DNA of 64,000 bases. Source: an uncultured Candidatus Rokubacteria bacterium (GTDB lineage Bacteria; Methylomirabilota; Methylomirabilia; Rokubacteriales; DASRDR01). The notes beneath the pieces were generated by a model. It was given only the letters and a program-made list of their open reading frames with translations, was not told the DNA's origin and searched no databases. The stretch lies in the NCBI GenBank assembly GCA_963805625.1, contig CAWDVE010000016.1, forward strand, positions 96,001 to 160,000. The letters are read 5' to 3'. Shown here in pieces: positions 10,503 through 20,363 of the stretch (position 1 is its first letter; each line of letters opens with the position of its first letter). The position numbers and the translations under genes were made by a program.

Positions 10503-12914
10503 CTAGCGGGCTCCCCCGGCCGGCGCCGCGTCGAGGACTTCCCGGACCTTATGCGCCAGGGCCGAGGCCGTGAAGGGCTTCGGAAGGAAGGCCATGCCCG
10601 TCTCCGAGACACCCTGGTGGAGGATGGCGTCGTCCGTATAGCCGGACACGTAGAGCACCTTGGTCTCGTGTCGCCCCGCTCTCAGGTGGTCGGCGAGCTC
10701 ACGGCCCCCCATCTGCGGCATCACGACGTCGGTGACCAGAAGGTGAATCGGGCCGCCGTGCCCCCGACCGATCCGGAGGGCCTCGTCACCGTCGGCCGCC
10801 TCGAGCACCGTGTAGCCCTGCTGCTGGAGGATGTCACGGGCTAGCCCCCGGACCTCGGGCTCGTCCTCCACGAGGAGCACCGTCTCGGAGCCGTGGGGGG
10901 CGGCCTCCGGGATCCCGGGGTCCCTCGGGAGGTCCGCCGGCGCATCGACGCGCGGGAAGTCGATCGTGAAGACGGCGCCCTGCCCGGGCTCGCTGTCGAC
11001 GCGGATCGCGCCCCCGCTCTGCGTCACGATCCCATAGACGGTCGCCAGGCCGAGCCCCGTTCCCTTGCCCGGACCCTTGGTCGTGAAGAAGGGCTCGAAC
11101 AGATGCGCCTTGATGAGCCCGTCCATCCCGACGCCGGTGTCACGGACGACCAGCCGCACGTGGGGACCCGCCCGAAGGCCCACGTGCTGCCGAGCGAACC
11201 CCTCGTCGAGCCGGACGAAGCCGGTCTCGAGCGTCAGTCGCCCGCCGAGGGGCATCGCGTCGCGGGCGTTGACTGCCAGGTTGACGATCATCTGCTCGAG
11301 CTGGGCAGGATCGGCCCGGACGCAACCCGCTGTCGGGTCGAGGCGGGTGGCCAGGGTGATGTCCTCGCCGATGAGGCGGCTCAGCATCGTCTCCATGCCG
11401 CGGACGACCTCGTTCAGGTCGACGACGCGCGCCTGCACCATCTGCTTCCGGCTGAAGGCGAGGAGCTGCCGGGTGAGGGCGGAGGCCCGGTGCGCCGTCT
11501 CCTCCACCAGCTCGACGTCGCGGCGGAGCGGGCTCTCGGGCGGGAGCTTGAGCAGGAGGAGCTGGCTTCGCCCCGTGATCACGGTCAGGAGGTTGTTGAA
11601 GTCGTGGGCGACGCCCCCGGCGAGCCGCCCGACCGCCTCCATCTTCTGGGCGTGGCGGAGCTGTGCCTCGAGCGCCCTCACGGCGGTGAGATCGCGCACG
11701 ACGACGATGACCCCGAGGTCCTGCTCCTCGCCGCCCTTGAGCGTGGCCGTCGTGATCTCGACGGGCGTGCCCCCTCCCGTCCGGCTAGGCAGGGTCACCG
11801 TGGCCGTACGGCCCGTGCGCCACTGGAGGGCCGCTTGCAGGATGGCCACGAGCTCGGGGGTGTGGTCCAGGACCTCCGTCACGTGACGGCCCCGGGCGAC
11901 GGTCACGGCTGGGCATCCCAGCAGGGATTCGGCGGCGCCGTTGAGGGTGACCACGCGGCCATCGAGGTCGAGGGTGACGATTCCGTTGACCAGGGAGTCG
12001 AGAATGTGGTCGGTGTAGCTCTTCAGGTCGGACAGCTCGGCGAACCGGCGCCGGAGCTCGCCGTGGGCGGCCTCCAGGGCGGTCCGCTGCTCGAGGAGCG
12101 CGGAGCGCTGCTCGTGGAGCTGCCGCGCCATGTCGTTGAAGGCGGTTGCGAGCTGCCCGATCTCGTCGGAGGTCGTCGGCTCGACACGCTGGACCAGCTC
12201 ACCCCGCGAGATCGCGACCGCGCCCGCCGCGAGCTGCCGGACGGGCCGCGCGATCCGGCGGGCGACCAGGGCGGAGGCCAGTCCCGCCCCGGCCAGGACG
12301 AGGACGGCCAGCAGGATCAGCTGGCGCCGTGTGGCGGCGATCTCCGCGTCCATCCGGCGGCGCGAAAGCCCCACCCGGGCCGTACCCCACCGCTGGGCGT
12401 CGACCCGCATCGGCACCGCGAAGTCGTACAGCGCCTCCCCGTCCGGCCCGTCGAGCTCCTGGGCCAGGGTGGCGTCCGTGGAGAGGATGCGGTCGAGGGT
12501 GCCGCCCGAGAGGAGCGTCCCCACGATCTCGGGCTGGTCGTTGTGGGCTGCGACTCGCCCGTCGCGGTCTAGGATCATCGCGTAGGCGACGTCGGTCTCG
12601 GTGGCCAGACGCGCCACGTTCTGCTCGAGCTGCGTGTAGTTGTAGAGGACCAGCGGTCCGGTGGACCCGGCGGCCAGGTCGCGCGCCAGGGCGTCTCCCC
12701 GTCTTTGCACCTCGCGGATGATGGCCTCCCGCTGCCGGTGCTCGACGATGATGACCAGGGCGCTCATGACCGAGGCAACGACGAGGAGGGTACCGACCAG
12801 GAACTTCGTCTGGAGCGAGACGAAGCGGCCGCCTCGCCGGGTTGGCTCTGACAACAATCGGCTTGCGGGCGAGGGAGGGGTGGATCGAGAAGGGTCGGGT
12901 CGCTCGGTCGTCAC
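10503..12914 (-). CDS. Hybrid sensor histidine kinase (TM-periplasmic sensor-TM-HAMP-PAS-HisKA-HATPase-REC; CckA-like)
   Basis: AGGVAHDFNNLL, NARDAMP, FEPFFTTK, GTGLGL and C-terminal receiver (LLVEDE, TDVVMP, KPF). Start estimated at GTG 12914. Confidence 0.9.
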   Translation of the reverse strand: MTTERPDPSRSTPPSPASRLLSEPTRRGGRFVSLQTKFLVGTLLVVASVMSALVIIVEHRQREAIIREVQRRGDALARDLAAGSTGPLVLYNYTQLEQNVARLATETDVAYAMILDRDGRVAAHNDQPEIVGTLLSGGTLDRILSTDATLAQELDGPDGEALYDFAVPMRVDAQRWGTARVGLSRRRMDAEIAATRRQLILLAVLVLAGAGLASALVARRIARPVRQLAAGAVAISRGELVQRVEPTTSDEIGQLATAFNDMARQLHEQRSALLEQRTALEAAHGELRRRFAELSDLKSYTDHILDSLVNGIVTLDLDGRVVTLNGAAESLLGCPAVTVARGRHVTEVLDHTPELVAILQAALQWRTGRTATVTLPSRTGGGTPVEITTATLKGGEEQDLGVIVVVRDLTAVRALEAQLRHAQKMEAVGRLAGGVAHDFNNLLTVITGRSQLLLLKLPPESPLRRDVELVEETAHRASALTRQLLAFSRKQMVQARVVDLNEVVRGMETMLSRLIGEDITLATRLDPTAGCVRADPAQLEQMIVNLAVNARDAMPLGGRLTLETGFVRLDEGFARQHVGLRAGPHVRLVVRDTGVGMDGLIKAHLFEPFFTTKGPGKGTGLGLATVYGIVTQSGGAIRVDSEPGQGAVFTIDFPRVDAPADLPRDPGIPEAAPHGSETVLLVEDEPEVRGLARDILQQQGYTVLEAADGDEALRIGRGHGGPIHLLVTDVVMPQMGGRELADHLRAGRHETKVLYVSGYTDDAILHQGVSETGMAFLPKPFTASALAHKVREVLDAAPAGGAR

Positions 12915-13086
12915 GCTCTCCCTCTGCCGCAGCCCCTGGGACCGCGAGGCCCAAATAGGCTTGAAATCTAGGCCAACGGGTGGTCCCCGGTCAAGGAATA
13001 CCTCCTCGTGAACATCGGGACTCGGTCCGGGGTCAAACCGGTGCGCCGGAGGAGGGTGACGGGCCCCCGGGTGGGGGGCGCCTTCG

Positions 13087-13115
13087 TGGACAGCCCCCGA
13101 CCCGGGCAGTAGACT
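13087..13115 (+). promoter_or_regulatory. Putative sigma70-type promoter for the lipoprotein-degP unit
   Basis: TGGACA-17 nt-TAGACT. Confidence 0.5.
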
Positions 13116-13155
13116 GACGGGAGCGCCGCCCTCGGCGCTTCCAGGGAGGTGCGGC

Positions 13156-13812
13156 GTGCGGATCCGAGTCGCGCACCGAGTGGTGTCCGCTGGGCTACTG
13201 GCTCTGCTCTTGGCGGGGTGCGCAGCCGGCAACGAAGGCGCCGCGAAGGGGGCCATCATCGGGGCCGCCGGCGGCGGCCTGATCGGCGCGGCGACCTCCG
13301 GGTCCCACGTGGGACGCAACATGGGCCTCGGCGCCCTCATCGGCGGCCTGATCGGCGCGCTGGCGGGCGAGGTCATCCAGCAGCGCACGGCGGCGGCCTC
13401 ACCGCCGCCGATGCCACCGCCACCCCCCCCGGCCGGCGGGCCACCGCCGCCCCCGCCGCCCGGACAGTGGTCCGTAGTGACGGCGCCCCAGCCGCCGCCA
13501 CCCGTGGGGCCGCCGCCTCCGGCCGAAGGCCCCGGTCGCCCCCCCGATCCGACGATGGGCGTGATTACCAACGGGACCCAGTGGGAGATCCAGGTCTTCA
13601 TCGACAATCCGCCGGGATCTCCGAGTCCTCTCGTCTTGAGCCCGGGGATGCAGGTGCCCGTCGTGCTGGACATCGGTCAGCACCGGGTCGTGGCTCAGGC
13701 ATTCGTGGACACGCAGCTCGGCCGCCGCCTCGTCGGGACGTTCGACCGCACGTTGACGGTCGATCCGCGGGCGCCGGGCTGGACGATCCACTTTTTCCCC
13801 GCCAACTTCTGA
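13156..13812 (+). CDS. Lipoprotein with glycine zipper, polyproline linker and small beta-rich C-terminal domain
   Basis: Lipobox LAGC; GAIIGAAGGGLIG...GALIGGLIGALAG; long Pro runs. Confidence 0.75.
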   Translation: MRIRVAHRVVSAGLLALLLAGCAAGNEGAAKGAIIGAAGGGLIGAATSGSHVGRNMGLGALIGGLIGALAGEVIQQRTAAASPPPMPPPPPPAGGPPPPPPPGQWSVVTAPQPPPPVGPPPPAEGPGRPPDPTMGVITNGTQWEIQVFIDNPPGSPSPLVLSPGMQVPVVLDIGQHRVVAQAFVDTQLGRRLVGTFDRTLTVDPRAPGWTIHFFPANF

Positions 13813-13848
13813 GGCCAAATGCGACCAAGCGCAGGAGGAAGTCGAACC

Positions 13849-15330
13849 ATGAGTGGCAACAAGCTGTGGCCCTTGGCTGTCAGCCTCGGGCTCCTGGTGT
13901 CTCTGATCGCCTTCACACTACCCGCCGGTGCGGCCGGCGGTGGCATTCCCCCGACCACGGTGGCGCAGTCAGCGCCGCGTGCGACCGACCCCGCGTTCGC
14001 CGGCGCGCTGCCGGAGTCCTATCCGTGGGTACGGCTTGCCGAAACGCTCACACCGGCGGTCGTCAACGTCCGCACCACGAGCGAGGCGCGCCGGACGCGG
14101 GTGCCGCAGGTGCCCGAGCCGTTCCGGCGGTTCTTCCCGCAGCCGCCGGAGGGCGGAGGGGAGCGTGAGGTCCGCCCGCGGGGCATCGGCTCCGGGTTCA
14201 TCATCGACGCCGACGGCTACATCGTCACGAACCATCACGTCGTGGACGGATCGAGATCGATCGAGGTCCAGCTCTCCGATGGGCGGACCTTCCAGCCGAA
14301 GGTCATCGGCAGCGACGCCGAGACCGATCTGGCCCTCCTGAAGATCGAGGCCACCGGCCTTCCGATGATCCCGCTGGGGAGCTCGAGCACGCTCAAGGTG
14401 GCCGAGCCGGTCATGGCCATCGGGAACCCGTTCGGGTTCGACCACACGGTGACCGTCGGCATCGTGAGCGGCACGGGCCGGTTCATCGGCCAGGGGCGCT
14501 TCGACGACTTCATCCAGACCGACGCCGCCATCAATCCCGGCAACTCTGGGGGGCCCCTCATCAACACCCGGGGCGAGGCCGTCGGCATCAACTCGGCGAT
14601 CCGGAGCAGTTCGGGCGGCTTCCAGGGCATCGGGTTCGCCATCCCGGTCGACTTGGCGAAGCCGATCCTCGGACAGCTCCGGGCCACCGGCAAGGTCACC
14701 CGGGGGTGGCTGGGCGTGGCGATCCAGCCCCTGACCGACGAGCTCGCCAAGTCCTTCGGGATCACGGGCACGCAGGGCGCGCTCGTCGCTTCGGTCAGCG
14801 AGGACTCACCCGCCGCCCGGGCCGGCTTCAAGCCGGGCGACGTCATCGTCACCTTCGATGGGAAGACCGTGGAGGGACCGCGCGTGCTGCCCACGATCGT
14901 GGCCAACACGCCGGTCGGGCGCGCGGTGCCGGTCGTGGTCCTGCGTGACGGCAAGCGGCAGACCGTCACGGTCACGGTCGGGAGTCTCGCCGAGTCGCGG
15001 GAGGCGCGCGCCGCGACGGGCGAGAAGCTGCCGGAGAGCCGGGCGACCGAGAAGCTCGGGCTCTCGCTCCAGGAGCTGACGCCCGAGCTCGCGAAGCAGC
15101 TCGGCGTGCAGAGCGACAAGGGTGTCGTCGTGACCGAGGTGAAGCCCGACTCACCCGCCGCCCAGGCGGGTCTCGCACCGGGCGACGTGATCCGCGAGGT
15201 GAACCGGATGCCGGTGCAGGGTCTCCAGGATGTCGAGCGCGGCCTGACTCGCGGGCAAGATCCCGCCCACGTCCTGCTCCGTGTCGAGCGCGAGGGCTCG
15301 CAGCGCTACGTGGTCGTCGGCGCCGGGTAG
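13849..15330 (+). CDS. degP: Do/DegP family periplasmic serine protease with two PDZ domains
   Basis: GSGFII, TNHHV, DLALLK, QTDAAINPGNSGGPL and RGWLGV motifs; AGGAGG RBS. Confidence 0.93.
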   Translation: MSGNKLWPLAVSLGLLVSLIAFTLPAGAAGGGIPPTTVAQSAPRATDPAFAGALPESYPWVRLAETLTPAVVNVRTTSEARRTRVPQVPEPFRRFFPQPPEGGGEREVRPRGIGSGFIIDADGYIVTNHHVVDGSRSIEVQLSDGRTFQPKVIGSDAETDLALLKIEATGLPMIPLGSSSTLKVAEPVMAIGNPFGFDHTVTVGIVSGTGRFIGQGRFDDFIQTDAAINPGNSGGPLINTRGEAVGINSAIRSSSGGFQGIGFAIPVDLAKPILGQLRATGKVTRGWLGVAIQPLTDELAKSFGITGTQGALVASVSEDSPAARAGFKPGDVIVTFDGKTVEGPRVLPTIVANTPVGRAVPVVVLRDGKRQTVTVTVGSLAESREARAATGEKLPESRATEKLGLSLQELTPELAKQLGVQSDKGVVVTEVKPDSPAAQAGLAPGDVIREVNRMPVQGLQDVERGLTRGQDPAHVLLRVEREGSQRYVVVGAG

Positions 15331-15354
15331 GCCGGATCCACCCACCGCTTTCCG

Positions 15355-15387
15355 CCGCGGCGCTGGACTTCCCGTCCGGTGCCGCGG
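15355..15387 (+). terminator. Hairpin after degP
   Basis: ccgcggcgctggac-ttccc-gtccggtgccgcgg; 14-bp stem with two G-U pairs. Confidence 0.5.
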
Positions 15388-15478
15388 CGCCTTGTTCGAC
15401 GTCTGCGTCGCGTGCTAGAGTCCCGCCCGTCTTGATGGTCCAGCCTCGCGTGTCCGCGAATACAGCCTGGGAGAAGCC

Positions 15479-17209
15479 ATGGCACCACTGACCGACGTCG
15501 CCCGCCCGCTCCATCACGTACGCACGCTTCTCGGCATCGGGGTACCGATGCGGGATGGGGTGAAGCTCTCGACCGACGTGTACCTACCCGACGGGGCCGG
15601 CCCGTTCCCCGTCATCCTGATCCGCACTCCGTATAGCAACAACGTCGAGGCTGGGGTGCAGGATGGTGTCTACTTCGCTCAGCGCGGCTACGCCGTCGCA
15701 ATCCAGGACGTGCGCGGGCGCTTCGACTCCGAGGGGGAATGGGCGCCGTTCGTCCACGAGGCGGAGGATGGCTACGATGCGCAGGAATGGTGCGGGACGC
15801 AGCCGTGGTCGACCGGGAAGGTCGGCACCAGCGGCGCCTCGTACCTCGCGCTCACGCAGTGGCTGGCTGCGCCCCTCCGCAACCGTCACCTGGCGGCCAT
15901 GGCGCCCCGGGTCGGGTTCTCGAACCTCTACCACAACTGGGTCTACACTGGGGGCGCCTTCCAGCTGGGCTTCAACCTCCGCTGGGGCGCCGTCCAGATG
16001 CACACCCGCACCAACCAGACCCAGTACCTCTGGATGCCGCCCGAGCAGCATTACTCGACGCTCTTCGGGCACCTGCCGCTCCTCACGGGTGACGAGCGCG
16101 CCGGTCGCGTTTGCGAGTTCTACCGGGAGTGGATTCGACATCCGGACTACGGCCCGTACTGGGAGCGCCTCGGCAACGTCGAGAAGGACTACGCGCGGAT
16201 CGACGTGCCGGCCTACGGGTTCGGCGGGTGGTACGACGTGTTCCTCCAGGGCACCCTGAACAACTTCATGGGCATTCGGGCCAAGGGCGTGTCCGAGCGC
16301 GCGCGGCGCCAGAAGGTCCTGATCGGACCCTGGATCCACTCGTTGGGGGAGCGCGGGACCCAGAGCCGGACGGGCGACATCGACTTCGGGCCCGCGAGCC
16401 TCGTCGATCTCCGGCGGGAGGAGCTGCGCTGGTTCGACCACTGGCTCCGGGGTGTCGACGACGGGATCATGGGCGAGCCGCCCGTGAAGGTCTTCGTCAT
16501 GGGTCGGAACGACTGGCGCATGGCGACGGACTGGCCCATTCCCGGCACGCGCTTCATTCCCCACTACTTCCACTCGGGGGGCCACGCCAGCACGCTCTGG
16601 GGCGACGGCACGCTCGACCGGCGGGTACCGGGCGTGGAGCCGGCGGACCGATACGTCTACGACCCGGCCGACCCGGTGCCGACCCTCGGCGGGAGCACGT
16701 GCTGCGGCGAGGACATCACGCCGATCTCGATGGGGCCTCGCGACCAGCGACCCGCGGAGTGGCGGCCCGACGTCCTCGTCTACTCGACGCCCGCGCTCGA
16801 GGCGGACGTCGAGGTCACTGGTCCCATCAAGGTCGTCCTCTGGGCGGCGTCGTCGGCGCCGGACACGGACTTCACCGCGAAGCTCGTCGATGTCTTCCCG
16901 TCGGGGTACACGATGAACGTCGCGCAGGGGATCCTCCGCGCCCGCTACCGCGACTCCTTCGAGCAGCCGAGCCCGCTCGAGCCCGGCCGGCCCTACCGCC
17001 TCGAGATCGACTGCTGGTCGTCGTCGAACCTATTCCGACGGGGCCACCGGATCCGGATCGAGATCGCCTCGTCGAACTTTCCCCAGTTCGACCGGCACCC
17101 CAACACGGGCCGGCCGTTCGGGACGGACGCGGATCTCGTCCGCGCGACCCAGACCGTGTACCACGACGCGCAGCACCCGAGCCATATCGTGCTGCCCATC
17201 GTGGACTGA
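15479..17209 (+). CDS. CocE/NonD family hydrolase (S15-like)
   Basis: RDGVKLSTDVY, RTPY, QDVRGRFDSEG, GASY nucleophile, GGWYD, IGPWIH and C-terminal jelly-roll motifs. Confidence 0.92.
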   Translation: MAPLTDVARPLHHVRTLLGIGVPMRDGVKLSTDVYLPDGAGPFPVILIRTPYSNNVEAGVQDGVYFAQRGYAVAIQDVRGRFDSEGEWAPFVHEAEDGYDAQEWCGTQPWSTGKVGTSGASYLALTQWLAAPLRNRHLAAMAPRVGFSNLYHNWVYTGGAFQLGFNLRWGAVQMHTRTNQTQYLWMPPEQHYSTLFGHLPLLTGDERAGRVCEFYREWIRHPDYGPYWERLGNVEKDYARIDVPAYGFGGWYDVFLQGTLNNFMGIRAKGVSERARRQKVLIGPWIHSLGERGTQSRTGDIDFGPASLVDLRREELRWFDHWLRGVDDGIMGEPPVKVFVMGRNDWRMATDWPIPGTRFIPHYFHSGGHASTLWGDGTLDRRVPGVEPADRYVYDPADPVPTLGGSTCCGEDITPISMGPRDQRPAEWRPDVLVYSTPALEADVEVTGPIKVVLWAASSAPDTDFTAKLVDVFPSGYTMNVAQGILRARYRDSFEQPSPLEPGRPYRLEIDCWSSSNLFRRGHRIRIEIASSNFPQFDRHPNTGRPFGTDADLVRATQTVYHDAQHPSHIVLPIVD

Positions 17210-17550
17210 CCACAGCCAGGCGTTCACGCCCGCATCCTGACCCTGACGTCCGGGCGGCGGTCCAGGCTGCGCCCACGGTCGAGCTGCACCTCCACCTTGG
17301 CCCCTTCGCCGAGGTTTACACGGAGGCGGCCCGGCGCGGATTCTATCGCACGGCCCATGCCGGCGAGGTGGCCGGGCCCGACTCCGTCCGCGAGGCGCTC
17401 GACCGCCCCGACGCCGAGCGGGTGGATCATGGGATCCGCGCGGTCGAGAATCCGGCCCTGGTCGCGCGCCTGACCGAGCACGCGGCCCACGCGGCGTTCC
17501 TCGACGGGGCCGTGCGGGAACAGCTTCGGGCGCGCGTCCGGTCCGGCTAG
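17206..17550 (+). pseudogene. Collapsed adenosine deaminase remnant
   Basis: VELHLHL, TAHAGEVAGPDSVREAL, ERVDHGIRAVE and AAFLD appear in order in only about 114 codons; the full enzyme is about 330 aa. Confidence 0.75.
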
Positions 17551-17591
17551 GCCGCCCTCGCCGGATGGGGGGGACCGTCGTGGGGATGCCG

Positions 17592-18995
17592 CTACGCGAG
17601 CGGCGGGCGCCGCTGCCACCAGCCCGCTGCTTGCTCGTACGCATGTCCGGCGCGGAGCAGTGTCGCCTCGTCGAAGGGACGGCCGATCAGCTGAAGGCCC
17701 ACGGGCCGTCCGTCGGTCGCGAAGCCGCAGGGAAGGCTGAGCGCCGGCAGTCCGAGCGCGTTCCAGGGCCGCGTCAGGCGCGAGAAGCGGCCCATGCGGC
17801 TGACGATGTCGTCGGGAGACCCCGCCTTCACGGCCGCCAGGGCGGGCGCTGGCTCGGGGATGGTGGGCGCGACCAGCACGTCGACCCGCGCAAACACGTC
17901 GTCCACGAAGGTTCGCGTGGCGCGGGCGCGGAGCCGCGTCGCCTGGAGATAGTCGTGAGCGCTCACGTGGAACCCCACCTCGAGACGCGCGCGGACGGCC
18001 GGCTGGAGCGCGTGGGGGGATTCGCGGACGATGCGGGCATGGATCGCGGCGCTCTCGCAGCGGGCGATCACGTTGGCGAGATCGTTGAGGGGCGTCGGAT
18101 CCGGCAGGGGACACTCGATCACCCGGGCCCCGAGCCCGCGGAGCGTCTCGGTCGCCGCCTGGACCGCCAGCCGCACAACGTCGTCGATGCCTTCCCCGTA
18201 GTAGCGATCGGGCACGCCGATCCGGAGCCCGGCGATCGGCCGGTCGAGGCCCATCACGTAGTCCGGGACGGGGCGGCGACTCGCGGTCGCATCCCGGGCG
18301 TCGGCACCCGCGATCACGGCCAGGAGGACGGCCGCGTCGCGCACCGTCCGGGCGAGCGGTCCGATGTGGTCGAGGGACCACGAGAGCGGCATCGCGCCCG
18401 CCCGGCTCACGCGCCCGTAGGTGGGCTTGAGCCCCACGATGCCGCAGCAGGCGGCGGGCAGCCGAATCGAGCCCCCGGTGTCCGTGCCGAGGGCACCGTA
18501 GGCGAGGCCGGCCGCCACGGCCGCCCCGGACCCGCTCGACGATCCGCCGGCACAGTGGCCGGGACGCCAGGGGGTCTCCACGTCGCCGTGGTGGGCGTTG
18601 TCGCCGAAGGGCCCGAGCGCCAGCTCGGAGAGGTTCAGGCGGCCGAGCGAGATGGCGCCGGCCGCCTCCAGGCGGGCGATGGCGGTCGCGTCCTGATCGG
18701 CGCGGAAGTACTCGGGGACGGCCGTGCCGCAGGACGCCGCCCGGCCGCCCCAGACGAAGAGGTCCTTGTGAGCGAGGGGCACTCCGTGAAGGGGGCCGCG
18801 GGCGCGGCCTGCCTTCACCTCGGCCTCACGGATGCGCGCCGTCCGGAGTGCGGCCTCGGCGTCGACGTGGACGAAGGCGTGAAGTCGAGGCCCGAGCGTC
18901 TCGATGCGGGCGACGCATGCTTCGGTGACCTCGACTGGGGAGATCTCGCGGGCGCGGATCCTCGCGGCGAGCGCGGCGAGCGTCTCGTCAGCCAC
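17592..18995 (-). CDS. Amidase signature family protein (GatA/AtzE-like)
   Basis: GPLHGVPLAHKD, GGSSSGS, GTDTGGSIRLPA and GLKPTYGRVS motifs. Confidence 0.92.
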   Translation of the reverse strand: MADETLAALAARIRAREISPVEVTEACVARIETLGPRLHAFVHVDAEAALRTARIREAEVKAGRARGPLHGVPLAHKDLFVWGGRAASCGTAVPEYFRADQDATAIARLEAAGAISLGRLNLSELALGPFGDNAHHGDVETPWRPGHCAGGSSSGSGAAVAAGLAYGALGTDTGGSIRLPAACCGIVGLKPTYGRVSRAGAMPLSWSLDHIGPLARTVRDAAVLLAVIAGADARDATASRRPVPDYVMGLDRPIAGLRIGVPDRYYGEGIDDVVRLAVQAATETLRGLGARVIECPLPDPTPLNDLANVIARCESAAIHARIVRESPHALQPAVRARLEVGFHVSAHDYLQATRLRARATRTFVDDVFARVDVLVAPTIPEPAPALAAVKAGSPDDIVSRMGRFSRLTRPWNALGLPALSLPCGFATDGRPVGLQLIGRPFDEATLLRAGHAYEQAAGWWQRRPPLA

Positions 18996-19206
18996 GCGGT
19001 GGCTCGGCCGGCGCAGGCGCCGGCTCGGCCGGCGGCGCCCCCGCTTCGAGGGCCGCTCCGAAGCCCGAGGGTTCCTCGGTGAGTCCGAGGTCGACGGCCG
19101 CCCGCTCGATCGCGGCGGCCAGATCGGCGAGCGCCCCCTGGCGGGCGCGCTCAGCTTCCGTCGTCAACGTGGGGCCGGGGGCGGCAGCTGCGGGGGCCGG
19201 GGTCAT
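18988..19206 (-). CDS. Small protein coupled to the amidase (possible GatC/AtzG-like partner)
   Basis: 72 aa, helical, with EEPSGF; its stop overlaps the amidase start. Confidence 0.55.
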   Translation of the reverse strand: MTPAPAAAAPGPTLTTEAERARQGALADLAAAIERAAVDLGLTEEPSGFGAALEAGAPPAEPAPAPAEPPRG

Positions 19207-19307
19207 GGTCGACGGGGGCGATGCTATCATGGCGATGCCGCCCGATGCCCACCGCGTTCCCGAGTCGGCATGCCGCCAGGCCGCCCGGGGGGAGGCCAAT
19301 CCCGGCC

Positions 19308-20330
19308 GTGCACGCGTTTCTCGCCGCTTGCCGCCGCCGCCCAACGGCGTACACGCCCGTGTGGCTCATGCGCCAGGCCGGGCGTTTCCTGCCGGAGTAC
19401 CGCGCGATCCGGGAGCGGATCGGGTTCCTCGAGCTCTGCCGGACGCCGGACGTGGCGGCCGAGGTGACGGTGCTGCCGGTGGAGAAGCTCGGCGTGGACG
19501 CGGCCATCCTCTTCGCCGATATCCTGCTCCTGGTCGAGCCGTTGGGGGTGGGTCTCGAGTTCTCCCGCGGGGAGGGGCCGGTCATCCGCCGCCCGGTGCG
19601 CGCGGCGGCCGACGTCGAGCGACTGGTCGAGCGCGATCCGGCGGAGACGGTGCCCTTCGTCTTCGAGACCGTGCGGCGGGCGCGCGCGGCCCTGGGGGAG
19701 CGCGTGCCGCTCATCGGCTTCGCCGGGGCGCCGTTCACTGTCGCGTCCTACCTCGTGGAGGGTGGGGCCTCGCGCGACTACCTCGAGACGAAGCGGCTCA
19801 TGTACGGCGATCCGAGGGCCTGGCACGCGCTGCTCACCCTCCTCGCGCGAACCACCGCGCGCTATCTGAACGGGCAGATTGCCGCGGGGGCCCAGGCCGT
19901 CCAGCTCTTCGACTCCTGGGTGGGCACGCTCGGGCCGGACGACTATCGCGCCTTCGCCCTCCCGTACACCCGCGCCATCCTGCAGTCGCTCACGCCGGGC
20001 GTGCCCGTGATCCACTTCGGGACCGGGACGGCGGGACTGCTCGAAGCCCTCCGCGAGGCGGGTGGCGACGTCATCGGGCTCGACTGGCGCCTCGAGCTGG
20101 GCGAGGGCTGGCGGCGGGTTGGCCACGACGTCGCGATCCAGGGGAACCTCGACCCTGCCGCGCTGTTCGCCCCGCCGGCCGAGATCCGGCGGCGGGCGGC
20201 GGCGATCCTCGCGCAGGCCGACGGCCGGTCGGGCCACATTTTCAACCTCGGCCACGGCGTGCTTCCCGGAACCCCGGTGGACCATGTCCGGGCGCTCGTC
20301 GACGCGGTCCATGAGCTCTCGCAGCGGTAG
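19308..20330 (+). CDS. hemE: Uroporphyrinogen decarboxylase
   Basis: PVWLMRQAGR, AAILFADIL, GFAGAPFT, QLFDSW, QGNLDP and FNLGHG motifs. Start uncertain (GTG 19308 with GGAGG, or ATG 19245). Confidence 0.95.
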   Translation: MHAFLAACRRRPTAYTPVWLMRQAGRFLPEYRAIRERIGFLELCRTPDVAAEVTVLPVEKLGVDAAILFADILLLVEPLGVGLEFSRGEGPVIRRPVRAAADVERLVERDPAETVPFVFETVRRARAALGERVPLIGFAGAPFTVASYLVEGGASRDYLETKRLMYGDPRAWHALLTLLARTTARYLNGQIAAGAQAVQLFDSWVGTLGPDDYRAFALPYTRAILQSLTPGVPVIHFGTGTAGLLEALREAGGDVIGLDWRLELGEGWRRVGHDVAIQGNLDPAALFAPPAEIRRRAAAILAQADGRSGHIFNLGHGVLPGTPVDHVRALVDAVHELSQR

Positions 20331-20363
20331 GCTGTTGGGTCCGCCCGCGCAGGCGAGTGGCGG

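Noticed and set aside
13395-13550. C-rich low-complexity tract, including ggccgaaggcc at about 13521
   Set aside because: Explained by the polyproline linker codons of the lipoprotein.
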